Program-made: the position numbers and the translations under genes
Virus record (IMG/VR): IMGVR_UViG_3300043184_000117
Length of the DNA stretch: 52,745 nucleotides
DNA from: a virus
Strand: one strand, 5' to 3'
Notes under the pieces: generated by a model
What the model saw: only the letters and a program-made list of their open reading frames with translations
Told to the model about the DNA's origin: nothing
The model's database searches: none
Shown: in pieces, positions 1 to 8,687 of the stretch
Numbering within the stretch: the first letter of the stretch is position 1
Layout: every line of letters starts with the position of its first letter

Positions 1-127
1 TGCGTCCAATTTTTTAAATTTAAGCGCCCTAGATACCGCAATTGAAGCCCTATTGACTATACTTGCGGATAATGATTGGATTTGAAAGTTGCGTCCATTA
101 CCAATATAGTTTTTCATTCTATTTCTA
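1..127. repeat. Terminal direct repeat, identical to 52619-52745 (circular-contig overlap)
   Basis: Both termini read tgcgtccaatttttt...ttcattctatttcta verbatim; unique genome length 52618 bp. Confidence 0.9.
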
Positions 128-2037
128 ACTTCTTTCATTTCTTCATATATAGCTGGATTTTCGTTATATTTTTTCCATAGTTCTAAGCTGTCTAGTATAC
201 CTTCTCCGTGTTCTTTGTAGATAATAGGCGCTTCAGGCATTCTTCGTTTTCTACCCACTAACGTGCACACCCACCCTTGAGTTTTAACTTGTAGGTCGGT
301 GCGGTCCATCCAGTTTTTGAGATCAGGAAAAGCGCTTAAATATTGATTAATAAGTCGTTGCGCTTCCGCTTGAGGGATATCCAATTCTTTTGATAATTTG
401 TAATCTGACATTGAGTAGGGGATTCCAAGTGAGTATGCTTTGGCTTTTTGCCGCGCAGATTTATTTACCTTACCCAAATAATTTTCGGCTTTTTTGTCCG
501 CGCTTACCCCCTCCAATTTTTCCGTCATAATTGCAATTGTTGAATAGAAGTCGTCGCCTCGATTAAAGATATCTTGTAATTTTTTATCACCAGAAACACT
601 GGCAAAAACATGCGGCTCAAGGGATTCATAGTCCGAATCTACAAATATGTGCCAAGGGCGTGCTATAAAAAACTCTCGTATTACATTATTATACTTTAGT
701 AATATAGGGTTACCTTCCTCCATTGGACGAGGTAATTGTTGGATATCTGAACCAAATCTACCAGAAATGGTGCGGTGCTGATTGAATTCCGGATAAAAAA
801 TACCATTTTCTTGTCCTTCCAAAATTCTATCGTAATAAGTTGATGAAATTTTAGATAATTTGTTAAAGATTAAAAGGGGGGGAATAAAATCATATTTATG
901 CGCTATTGAGTGGAGAAAATCATCGCCTAACTGCCAGCCGCCTTTATCTGTTTTTCTATCCGGTACTTCCCCAAGATAATTGAAAATAATTCGTTTTAAG
1001 TGATCTTTTGATTTAATATTGATAAAGTACTTTCCCTTTTCAGTTCCGTGAATTTCCCATTGAATTTTTTGCACCAATTCTGCAGGTAGTTGGCTTTTTC
1101 CTAGCAAAAAATCTTTAGCTATTGATGGCGGTAGACTAGAAACGGCGGCTTTAGCAAGAGAAGTTTTACCGGTTTTTGTTAGTGGTAGTGGTAGATTCAT
1201 AATTTTAACTAATTCTTGCGCAAAAGCACCGGTAGGTTTTGGAGCGTACTCTTTTTCAAAAAACCATTTCTTAAAATTTTCAGAGTATTTAGTTAATTTA
1301 TCTTGTACTTCAATTTCAAGTTTTTCTAAATCCTCTTTAATCTGTATTTGATACTCTTTTATTCGATCAACATTAACTTTTATACCACGCTCCATCATTG
1401 GTATACTAACTTCTTTATATAAAGGCATAACTTCATCTTTGTAGTAAAAATCCACCAAACCCTCTTCAATAAGCTTTTCACTAAAAAAAGTAAAAAGTTT
1501 CCAAGTTAACACACAGTCTTGTATGCAGTATCTAGCAATTATGTCTGGGTTAGCTTTATATAGTTCATATTGATCTTTTGTACATTTACCGCCAGCAGCT
1601 TTTATAGATTCTTCCATTTCTTTTTTTTCTTTAGTCGGATCAGTATAAAATCCTAATTCATTAGCATATTTTACTGCAATATCTTTTAAGCCAAAAGGAC
1701 GCTCTTCATTAACTGTATGTTTTAATAAAATGGTGTCGGCGTACAAGTAAGGAACTAAATCAACACCAAAATTATGCTTTATTATTCTTAAATCATATGC
1801 CGCATTATGGCATATTATTTTTTTATTAATTAATTTTTTTAAAACACAAATAATTGCTTCATCTGTACACTTTCGTTCTAGTTCTTGACCATTCCATGAC
1901 CAAATAATTACATAATCGGAGTTACTGCCATTCGATAATCCAATACCAATAACTTTATCTTTACGTACATTGAGTCCGGTAGATTCTATATCTAGTACTA
2001 TATATTCAGATTCTAATATAGCTTGCAAGTTTTGCAT
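1..2037 (-). CDS. polA: DNA polymerase I family A with 3'-5' exonuclease; 679 codons here, ORF continues over the circular junction into 52454-52618 (about 733 aa in total)
   Basis: Own translation from ATG 2037 (RBS AGGAGA): MQNLQAILESEYIVLDIESTG (ExoI), CHNAAYD (ExoII), DYESLEPHV (motif A), RQKAKAYSLGIPYS (motif B). Codon phase joins the HDQLVIE (motif C) ORF at 52454-52735. Absent from the ORF track because there is no stop inside the window. Confidence 0.9.
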   Translation of the reverse strand, partial: MQNLQAILESEYIVLDIESTGLNVRKDKVIGIGLSNGSNSDYVIIWSWNGQELERKCTDEAIICVLKKLINKKIICHNAAYDLRIIKHNFGVDLVPYLYADTILLKHTVNEERPFGLKDIAVKYANELGFYTDPTKEKKEMEESIKAAGGKCTKDQYELYKANPDIIARYCIQDCVLTWKLFTFFSEKLIEEGLVDFYYKDEVMPLYKEVSIPMMERGIKVNVDRIKEYQIQIKEDLEKLEIEVQDKLTKYSENFKKWFFEKEYAPKPTGAFAQELVKIMNLPLPLTKTGKTSLAKAAVSSLPPSIAKDFLLGKSQLPAELVQKIQWEIHGTEKGKYFINIKSKDHLKRIIFNYLGEVPDRKTDKGGWQLGDDFLHSIAHKYDFIPPLLIFNKLSKISSTYYDRILEGQENGIFYPEFNQHRTISGRFGSDIQQLPRPMEEGNPILLKYNNVIREFFIARPWHIFVDSDYESLEPHVFASVSGDKKLQDIFNRGDDFYSTIAIMTEKLEGVSADKKAENYLGKVNKSARQKAKAYSLGIPYSMSDYKLSKELDIPQAEAQRLINQYLSAFPDLKNWMDRTDLQVKTQGWVCTLVGRKRRMPEAPIIYKEHGEGILDSLELWKKYNENPAIYEEMKEVRNRMKNYIGNGRNFQIQSLSASIVNRASIAVSRALKFKKLDA

Positions 2038-2053
2038 ATTTGTCTCCTAAATT

Positions 2054-2079
2054 AAAAAGCCCCTTTCGGGGCTTATTTT
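2054..2079 (-). terminator. Rho-independent terminator-like hairpin (bidirectional) between the 104-aa gene and polA
   Basis: GCCCC-TTTC-GGGGC stem-loop flanked by an A-run and a T-run; minus strand reads GCCCCGAAAGGGGCTTTTT. Confidence 0.7.
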
Positions 2080-2080
2080 A

Positions 2081-2395
2081 CTAAGACTTTTTTCTTAGAA
2101 CATCTACGTCGTGGGCACTTTTGCCTTTCATAGGTCCGTCTGCAATTTTTTTCATACCTTTATATTCTAGCCTAATGATTTCACCTTCATTAACTTTTTG
2201 AATTCTAGAATTTAAACTTCCACATCCATTTACAACAACGGTTCCAGTTGGCGTTTGGATTTTGTGGTTAGGACCAAACTTTCCTTCAAATGTGCCTAAA
2301 AACTTTCCTTCAACCTCACGATCCGCTAATTCTGCTGGTTTAATGTAGGTGATTTCAGACTCTTTAGTTACCGAAACAAATTCTGATTGAGCCAT
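2081..2395 (-). CDS. Hypothetical 104-aa protein, apparently monocistronic (own promoter-like motif, strong RBS, own terminator)
   Basis: ORF track; RBS GAGGAGG 6 nt upstream of the ATG; terminator directly downstream. Confidence 0.7.
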   Translation of the reverse strand: MAQSEFVSVTKESEITYIKPAELADREVEGKFLGTFEGKFGPNHKIQTPTGTVVVNGCGSLNSRIQKVNEGEIIRLEYKGMKKIADGPMKGKSAHDVDVLRKKS

Positions 2396-2428
2396 AACAT
2401 TCCTCCTCAGGAATTTTATTACCCGAAA

Positions 2429-2436
2429 TTGGGCAA
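2429..2436 (-). promoter_or_regulatory. TTGCCCAA variant of the recurrent TTGCCCAG motif, followed by TAATAAAAT
   Basis: Minus strand reads TTATTGCCCAATTTCGGGTAATAAAAT, about 34 nt upstream of the ATG at 2395. Confidence 0.35.
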
Positions 2437-2453
2437 TAACTTAATTTATAAAA

Positions 2454-2786
2454 CTATTCTATTTTTGTCAAACTATAGCGATCATCGAGTTCTGGGCATG
2501 TTTCTTGATACTCAATTAAAAAAGCAATATTAGTTAGCACATGAGCAAGATGTGATTTTCCACTCTCAGAATCTACATCCTCCCCACTCCAATATTTGAG
2601 TAAGTGTCTCATAGCTGATGCATAGCAAATTGAGTGAGCCATACCTTTTCGCCAATTATGCAATTCATATTTTTCTGCACCAACTGTAAGAACTTCTGCA
2701 AGCGCTAATATTGCAGACGTCGGTACCAAATCTACTCTAGGTTTACCTTTATTGTATCGCAATCCCCCACCTTTTGCTTCACTCAT
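2454..2786 (-). CDS. DUF5664-type dATP/dGTP pyrophosphohydrolase-like protein
   Basis: GGLRYNKGKPRVDLVP...GAEKY..NWRKG...RHLLKY...D.ESGKSHLAHVLTNIAFLIEY matches the phage DUF5664 pattern. Start moved to MSEAKGG (RBS GGAGG; ATGAGTGA overlap with the upstream stop). Confidence 0.55.
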   Translation of the reverse strand: MSEAKGGGLRYNKGKPRVDLVPTSAILALAEVLTVGAEKYELHNWRKGMAHSICYASAMRHLLKYWSGEDVDSESGKSHLAHVLTNIAFLIEYQETCPELDDRYSLTKIE

Positions 2787-2976
2787 AAGTTGCCTCCAAT
2801 ATCTTAAGTACACCTAATAAGTCACAAATTTTTTGATCACACCTTTCGATTGTGCTCATGTAAATTCCTATTGAGATAGGATTGTAGACTTCTTTAGAAA
2901 ATGCAATTACTAAATCCCTGGCATTTTCATATTCTCTAATACGCGCTTTAATTTCTTTTATTTCATCTTTAATCAT
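2779..2976 (-). CDS. Hypothetical protein (65 aa)
   Basis: ORF track; translationally coupled on both sides. Confidence 0.55.
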   Translation of the reverse strand: MIKDEIKEIKARIREYENARDLVIAFSKEVYNPISIGIYMSTIERCDQKICDLLGVLKILEATYE

Positions 2977-3791
2977 GGAGTTTCCTCATCGGGTAACAGG
3001 GACCAAAATGGCACATCTATTTCCTCAACGTCATCAGATCTCCATATTCCGCTTTTTTTACATTCTTTAAAAATTTTAATAGCTTTTTTATACTTTCTTC
3101 GCCCATTATTGAGGAGAACTGGGCTGGCTTTATACACAATCGAGTCTAATGAATCTTTAGTATTTACAAATAAAAAATAAAAATCCATATGGTCTACGTT
3201 GTTTATTTTCTTAAAGCAATCAACATATAATGCGGCAGATAAATCATAGTGTAGACTAGCAATACTCCCCATTAAAGACTCTTTAGTCAACGGTTTACTT
3301 GTAGTTTTAACGTCCAAAATGTAGTTGTTGTTTAGATTAATGTAGTCCGCTCTTACTTTTATTTTTGTATCCTCTAAGGTAGTGCAATAAGTGTATTCTG
3401 GACTGCCTCCAACTAGCAATTTTTGGACGGCTTTGTTTTTCCTCAATTCTAGTTCCAACTTTTTTCCCAATTCAATAGCAGCTGAGTTTAAGATAATTTT
3501 ATTTTTGTTATTATTGTAAAACTCTAACCACTCTGCACCTCGGCGGATACCACTCCACTCAATAAATTCGTCCTTAGTTTTTTCTGGCTCTAAAATCAAA
3601 GAATGAACATAAGATCCTAAATCCATAGCCGAGCTGCCAACCGAAGAAAAAAAAGCATCTGTGCTTACGTATTTTTTATAAAATTGAAGTGGATCTTCTA
3701 GTAGCAGCTTTAGTGCACTGGAGGACAGGTAATTTCTATCCCCATGATAAGTAGAATTGTCACATTCGTTTATACCATCTTTTAATTCCAT
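2973..3791 (-). CDS. PD-(D/E)XK family exonuclease (Cas4/RecB-like phage nuclease)
   Basis: SSSALKLL...F, GSYVHSLILEPE, DYINL..ILDVKTTSK (D...D-x-K core). Confidence 0.65.
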   Translation of the reverse strand: MELKDGINECDNSTYHGDRNYLSSSALKLLLEDPLQFYKKYVSTDAFFSSVGSSAMDLGSYVHSLILEPEKTKDEFIEWSGIRRGAEWLEFYNNNKNKIILNSAAIELGKKLELELRKNKAVQKLLVGGSPEYTYCTTLEDTKIKVRADYINLNNNYILDVKTTSKPLTKESLMGSIASLHYDLSAALYVDCFKKINNVDHMDFYFLFVNTKDSLDSIVYKASPVLLNNGRRKYKKAIKIFKECKKSGIWRSDDVEEIDVPFWSLLPDEETP

Positions 3792-3795
3792 AAGT

Positions 3796-4257
3796 TTACC
3801 AATGCCTCATTACTAATTTTTTATATACTTCGCGTTTTTCTGGATTACTAGTATTATACCTTGTCCAATAAAACTTGTCACGTTTACCGTAAGATTTTTT
3901 AAAATCCGCAAGAACCAAGACACCAGCAGAAATTGAATAGTGCACATCAGTTAATAGCTTTTGTTTATTAAACTTATATCTAGCTATAGTATGTTTGTTT
4001 ATTTGAGATATCCCATAGTCGTTGCTTTTTTTGTTTATTGCATCTAATTTTAACCCAGATTCTTGAATAAGGATTGCGGTAAATAATCTAGGGTTAATTT
4101 TATGCTGATTGCATATTTTAGTAATAGTGTGGGCAAGCATTATTTGTTCGTATTTTGGTAAATTTGGCGCCCTCTTTTTTAATTGAGATAGTACCGTTCC
4201 GAAATTGCCTGCGTTAGCGCTAACCGTTAAGAAAATACTTAATATTATAGTTTTCAT
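3796..4257 (-). CDS. Secreted lytic transglycosylase (SLT domain) with cleavable signal peptide
   Basis: MKTIILSIFLTVSANA signal; ILIQESGLKLDAIN...DYGISQIN matches the SLT E-S / G-x-x-Q-I motifs. Confidence 0.8.
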   Translation of the reverse strand: MKTIILSIFLTVSANAGNFGTVLSQLKKRAPNLPKYEQIMLAHTITKICNQHKINPRLFTAILIQESGLKLDAINKKSNDYGISQINKHTIARYKFNKQKLLTDVHYSISAGVLVLADFKKSYGKRDKFYWTRYNTSNPEKREVYKKLVMRHW

Positions 4258-4268
4258 AAATCTCCTAA

Positions 4269-4448
4269 TTATTTTAATTTTAAAAGCAATACCGTATCAG
4301 AAAGCTCTTCTACATCAAATAATTCTGTTGTAGATCGCTCAAACATAAAATCTAAAAGTAGTAAATGACTATCAAACTCTAATTCGCAGGCATCAGTCTT
4401 AGTTTCTTTCATGATTTCGTAGATATGATGGCAAGATTGGTTTTGCAT
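4269..4448 (-). CDS. Hypothetical acidic protein (59 aa)
   Basis: ORF track; start moved to MQNQ (GGGGG RBS 6 nt upstream). Confidence 0.5.
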   Translation of the reverse strand: MQNQSCHHIYEIMKETKTDACELEFDSHLLLLDFMFERSTTELFDVEELSDTVLLLKLK

Positions 4449-4495
4449 AGATACCCCCATACTTATATCATATAGGGGTAGTAGATAAAAGGCAA

Positions 4496-5236
4496 CTATT
4501 TTACACTCTCAAGTACTTTTAATATGTTACAAGCTGGAATAAAAAACGCTATATGCTCAGATCTTTGGTCACCTGCAAAAAGAATGCCAACAACATTACC
4601 CCAATCGTTTAAAACCGGAGATCCGGAGTTGCCTCCTCTGGCAAAATTAGATATTTGTACTGCAGAATAAGATACAGGAATAGGTATGCCTAAAAAATAC
4701 TGCATTACCGTAATATCTTTAACCCCTACAATCTCACCGCTTGATTTTCTAAAGATATCACCTAAAGGATGTCCCATTAAGTGAACATTTTGTCCAATAT
4801 AAAAATAATCAGATAAGATTAATGGCGTTTCTTCTCTCTCAACAGGAGTAGTTATACATACGTCGTCTTCAATACTTGCGGCAAGTATTCTAACTCTATG
4901 AGATGTGTGAGGTCTTACTGTAGCTGTAGCTAATAAAAATGGAGTTCCATTATTTAGACCCTGGCAGACATGATAATTAGTAACCAAAAATTTTCTACCT
5001 TTAGGATCTTTAACTATAAATCCAGTACCGGAACCACCATCAATATTATGCAAAGAAGTCATTTTAAAGACTACATTATTTGCTTTATTAATAAGCCATA
5101 AACTGTGTACATGAGGAATAGTTATAGTTCCTAAACTAAAAATCAATAACAATAGCAAAACTTTTACACTATTAAGCATGTTTATTTTTAATATTAAATT
5201 TTTTAATTTTAGTGCTATTTTTTGTAATATAATCAT
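4496..5236 (-). CDS. Trypsin-like serine protease (S1 fold) with N-terminal signal/anchor
   Basis: GSGTGFIV...LVTNYHV (His), EDDVCITT (Asp), GGNSGSPVLNDWGNVVGI (Ser); hydrophobic N-terminus VKVLLLLLIFSLG. Confidence 0.8.
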   Translation of the reverse strand: MIILQKIALKLKNLILKINMLNSVKVLLLLLIFSLGTITIPHVHSLWLINKANNVVFKMTSLHNIDGGSGTGFIVKDPKGRKFLVTNYHVCQGLNNGTPFLLATATVRPHTSHRVRILAASIEDDVCITTPVEREETPLILSDYFYIGQNVHLMGHPLGDIFRKSSGEIVGVKDITVMQYFLGIPIPVSYSAVQISNFARGGNSGSPVLNDWGNVVGILFAGDQRSEHIAFFIPACNILKVLESVK

Positions 5237-5436
5237 TTTTTATCCTTAGTCTGTTGTGGCTTATTGGGTTGCTCCTCAGTGTAAAATACGAACATAACCG
5301 TCCCCTCTTCATCTGAAGCAGAAGTAATTGGTGAACCTACAATAGTATTAGATTGTAAAAATTCATTTAAAGCTGTCATTCTTTCTTGAAATTGAGAAGA
5401 TGATAGCCTTCCAAATCTAAATGCTCTGCACTGCAT
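5233..5436 (-). CDS. Hypothetical protein (67 aa)
   Basis: ORF track; ATGA overlap with the protease gene. Confidence 0.55.
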   Translation of the reverse strand: MQCRAFRFGRLSSSQFQERMTALNEFLQSNTIVGSPITSASDEEGTVMFVFYTEEQPNKPQQTKDKK

Positions 5437-5469
5437 AATCCCTCCTTTTATACTAATTTTAGTATAAAT

Positions 5470-5628
5470 TTATATTATACCTTTATTGGTATAATAAATA
5501 ATTATCCAACTTATTATTAATACAATCCACGCTATTAATTGATTGCGTAAACTTTTCTTTTTTTCTAGCAATTCTGATATAAACATTTTTAAAGCAAGCA
5601 AAAGTAATAATATTGCAACATAAATCAT
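5470..5628 (-). CDS. Small two-TM membrane protein (52 aa), not in the ORF track
   Basis: Own translation: MIYVAILLLLLALKMFISELLEKKKSLRNQLIAWIVLIISWIIIYYTNKGII; ATG 1 nt after the upstream stop (TAATATG). Confidence 0.45.
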   Translation of the reverse strand: MIYVAILLLLLALKMFISELLEKKKSLRNQLIAWIVLIISWIIIYYTNKGII

Positions 5629-5629
5629 A

Positions 5630-5956
5630 TTAATCCCTTAATCCAATATTTCTATATATATTTCCAGTATGCATGTGCCTTTTTAAACCACCTATTTTTT
5701 TAATAAATAAATGAATAATAGCTACTTGTTGCTTATTAAATTTAAATCCAGTTTTTTTTACAATGTGAGATATAACTTCAGAACATCTAACTTTACTAGT
5801 TTTATCAACTATATCAATGTAGTTTAATATATAAAATCCGTCCGTGGATATTAATTCTAAAATAAATGCTGATCGTAGCTTTTTTTTTAAAACTTTGGCT
5901 TTTTTTTCTTGTAATAATAGTTTATTCAGAATCTTTTTCATTAGTATCTGCCACAT
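5630..5956 (-). CDS. Hypothetical basic protein; start uncertain
   Basis: ORF track; 35-nt overlap with the upstream ORF suggests an internal start (MKKILNK). Confidence 0.45.
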   Translation of the reverse strand: MWQILMKKILNKLLLQEKKAKVLKKKLRSAFILELISTDGFYILNYIDIVDKTSKVRCSEVISHIVKKTGFKFNKQQVAIIHLFIKKIGGLKRHMHTGNIYRNIGLRD

Positions 5957-6260
5957 CCATTATGTAAATAACAGGTTCGTCATTTTCAATACAAATAGAA
6001 ATTGTACCAAAAACTTTAACAATGTCCATAAAAGCTTCGGCACAATCTAACTCCCAAACTTTTTTTGTTGGGTATTTATTTTTTAATTCGTCTTCTAATG
6101 TGTTTAACTTATCGTTAATTTCACGCCATTTTTCTGTTTCGTGTTTTTTCGGGGCTTCGCCTAATATTTCCACGCTTTTTTGCTTCCACTCATTAAAAAA
6201 TGCTTTACGATCAGCTAGGTCAATAGGCTTATCGAGAACATGATATACTTTAAATAACAT
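5922..6260 (-). CDS. Hypothetical protein (112 aa)
   Basis: ORF track. Confidence 0.55.
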   Translation of the reverse strand: MLFKVYHVLDKPIDLADRKAFFNEWKQKSVEILGEAPKKHETEKWREINDKLNTLEDELKNKYPTKKVWELDCAEAFMDIVKVFGTISICIENDEPVIYIMDVADTNEKDSE

Positions 6261-6283
6261 AAATACTCCTTTTCTATATATTA

Positions 6284-8356
6284 CTAGTGTTTAGCTTCTT
6301 CGTCAATTAGTTTAGGATTAATGTGGTAGTAGGTTGTGTTTTTTCCATCAACTCTTCCCCGGCAAGGAGATCCTAATAGGTTTACTAATGTGTCACAAAA
6401 TACATGCTTATTAATGCTATATTTATAGCCGTTATTTGAAATCCAAAGAGAAAATTGTTTGTATAAATTATTTCTAGACACTCTTGTAAAAGTTTCATCT
6501 TTTTCTAGGGTTAAGCCCTCTTCTTTAATAAAATGCTCTAGAGGAGTGTGATATTTAAAAGTTTGCTGTTCTTCCTCAAATTCTTTAAATACTGGTTTAA
6601 TAAAAGGCTCAGATTGAGATTCATCAATACTTTGCCACATATTGAGGTAATTTAGTGCGTTAATTTCTTCCCAATCCATCTTATCTAATGTATTTATTTG
6701 AAAAAACCGACGAACAGAGGTGGCGTCTTTAATGACATATTGTAGGTTCAGATTGGATGCGCCTATAAACGTTGAATTGTTATCGCCCACGGCATTACTA
6801 TTTGTGCCTAATCTTCTGTATTGAATTTTTTCAGAAGTTATTTTATTTTTTATGCTTTCTACATCAGCTGTTTCTGCTTTACTCATTTCATCAATAAAAT
6901 ATACAAAATAGTTAATCAAATTAAAAGCTTCTCTAGTGTCTACTAGCTTTTTAAAGTCGCCATCATAATAAACTAGCTCGTGTATAGGATGTAACATTTT
7001 TTTAATTAGTTGAGATTTTCCACTCCCAGATTTGCCTACTAAAACTGGCATATTGTGATAACTTACAGAAATGCCGTAAATTTTACGCTTAACCTGCCAT
7101 AAAAAATGCTTTAAAACGGCAACATGTAAAGTACTATTAGATCCTGTTATTGCTTTTACCAATCTCTCAAAATCAAATTCAGCACTAGGATTAAACGCTA
7201 TATATGATTTTAATTCTTCAAATCGAACTTGTTTTTTGTCAGTACTAAGTTTATTTAAAATAGACGAAATAATTTGAAAACTGATGTTTTTTCCCATAAT
7301 TGTTTGAGAGTAGTTACGTATCTCCTCTAAAACATACTCAATATCTCTTTTGTGCCCGTCTAGATAAAACTGCCCATCAAGGTTAACTGTTAGAAATTTT
7401 TCTGCCATAAAAGTATTAACTATTTCTTGATCAGGAATAGGAGCTAATTTACCATTTTTATCAGTATACCGCATCTTTAGCGGATGCATACTGCCTACCA
7501 TAGATGTATCATAGTTCCAATTTTTATCGGTATAACAATAGCTTATTTGGTACGTATCTTCCTCTGATAAATGCCCAGTAATTTTTCTTATTTTATCTTC
7601 ACACTCCTGCCTAGTAAACCCAGCGGCTTTTAAGTTTTTTACAGCTAAATTCCTATTGGTGTGCCATTCACCGTCGGGCGCACCTGATTGTAAAAATAGC
7701 AAAGTTCGTTTACTGAGTTTTTGTATTTTAGTTTGATCGTCATTGAGGGGGCTTTTAAAAATGGCGGTTTGTGTGGCGCGGTAGTTACTGTTTGTTGGGC
7801 TAATTACTTTTATTCTTTTAACATCTATTTTATTGTGATTAAAAAAGAGCTCTACAGTAGCGGTATTTGAATTAAAAAAAAGATTAGCTGGAGAACAGGT
7901 TTGAGCGTCGTTGTTATTTCTAAAAACGGTAGAAGCTATAAAATTGTAGGTAGCTTTGTACTCTTCTTCAGTAGTTATTAGGGTGCTTGTTGGCATTATT
8001 ACATGAAATTTATCCTCTCCCCAGACTTGGTGGGAATAAGATGTGTATACCGCAAACTCATATCCAGACATGTCTAACTCTACTAAGCAAGAATTTAAAT
8101 CAATCCCACTATCTACATCTAAAACAATAATATTTGTGGATATAAAATTTGCCCTAGCTCTACGACCATCTTTCATTTCTGAGGGAGTAATCGGGACTTC
8201 TGAGGCGCGCTTAGCTACCTCCTCAATAGTTTCAAATTGTTCAGTTTGTCCTTGAATGCAAAACCTACCCCTATCTGCTTTATGAGCTTTTAGTGCCTCT
8301 GGATCTTTAGTTTTAATGTTTAAGGATCCATTAGGATAAGTTGTTATTTTAAACAT
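6284..8356 (-). CDS. Primase-helicase (VirE/BT4734-like N-terminal primase domain plus D5/P4-type P-loop NTPase)
   Basis: RRARANFISTNIIVLDVDS...FAVYTSYSH...KFHVIMP (VirE_N-like); VLVGKSGSGKS Walker A, FIDEM Walker B. Start moved to MFKITTY (RBS AAGGAGA). Confidence 0.8.
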   Translation of the reverse strand: MFKITTYPNGSLNIKTKDPEALKAHKADRGRFCIQGQTEQFETIEEVAKRASEVPITPSEMKDGRRARANFISTNIIVLDVDSGIDLNSCLVELDMSGYEFAVYTSYSHQVWGEDKFHVIMPTSTLITTEEEYKATYNFIASTVFRNNNDAQTCSPANLFFNSNTATVELFFNHNKIDVKRIKVISPTNSNYRATQTAIFKSPLNDDQTKIQKLSKRTLLFLQSGAPDGEWHTNRNLAVKNLKAAGFTRQECEDKIRKITGHLSEEDTYQISYCYTDKNWNYDTSMVGSMHPLKMRYTDKNGKLAPIPDQEIVNTFMAEKFLTVNLDGQFYLDGHKRDIEYVLEEIRNYSQTIMGKNISFQIISSILNKLSTDKKQVRFEELKSYIAFNPSAEFDFERLVKAITGSNSTLHVAVLKHFLWQVKRKIYGISVSYHNMPVLVGKSGSGKSQLIKKMLHPIHELVYYDGDFKKLVDTREAFNLINYFVYFIDEMSKAETADVESIKNKITSEKIQYRRLGTNSNAVGDNNSTFIGASNLNLQYVIKDATSVRRFFQINTLDKMDWEEINALNYLNMWQSIDESQSEPFIKPVFKEFEEEQQTFKYHTPLEHFIKEEGLTLEKDETFTRVSRNNLYKQFSLWISNNGYKYSINKHVFCDTLVNLLGSPCRGRVDGKNTTYYHINPKLIDEEAKH

Positions 8357-8438
8357 AAAATATATCTCCTTGATATGGTTCATACTACTAGATGATTTTT
8401 AGAAAGTAAAGTACTGTAGCATTGGAAATCACCTCAAA

Positions 8439-8581
8439 CAACACTAGAGCAACAAAAAGTAAACAACCTAAACCCTTAAAATTATACGAAAAAAGGTCCT
8501 AAAATATACTGTTGTTGTTTTTTTTGTAAAAACTTAAGGATATATACTATATATAGATTTTTTATTTTTTGTAATATATAA
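8439..8581. repeat. Inverted repeat copy A (143 bp); partner is 43417-43560
   Basis: Base-by-base alignment with the reverse complement of 43417-43560: 2 substitutions and a 1-nt T-run indel. Weaker similarity (~21/32) continues to 8613 vs 43385-43416. No ATG on either strand. Confidence 0.9.
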
Positions 8582-8628
8582 CGGAGTGAGAAGGGAAAAA
8601 TCACCAACAAAATCGTACAATAAAACTA

Positions 8629-8658
8629 TTGACTATGCCAAAAAATTGTGGCATTATA
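8629..8658 (+). promoter_or_regulatory. Sigma-70-like promoter for the plus-strand block
   Basis: TTGACT-N17-CATTAT (or N18-ATTATA), about 30 nt upstream of the RBS AGGAA and ATG 8688. Confidence 0.5.
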
Positions 8659-8687
8659 AAATAAATTAAATTTATTTAGGAACGGAT

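Noticed and set aside
1-127. Genuine short direct terminal repeat of the virion DNA
   Set aside because: The exact 127-bp length at both contig ends, cutting through the middle of polA, looks like an assembler overlap. This cannot be fully excluded without read data.
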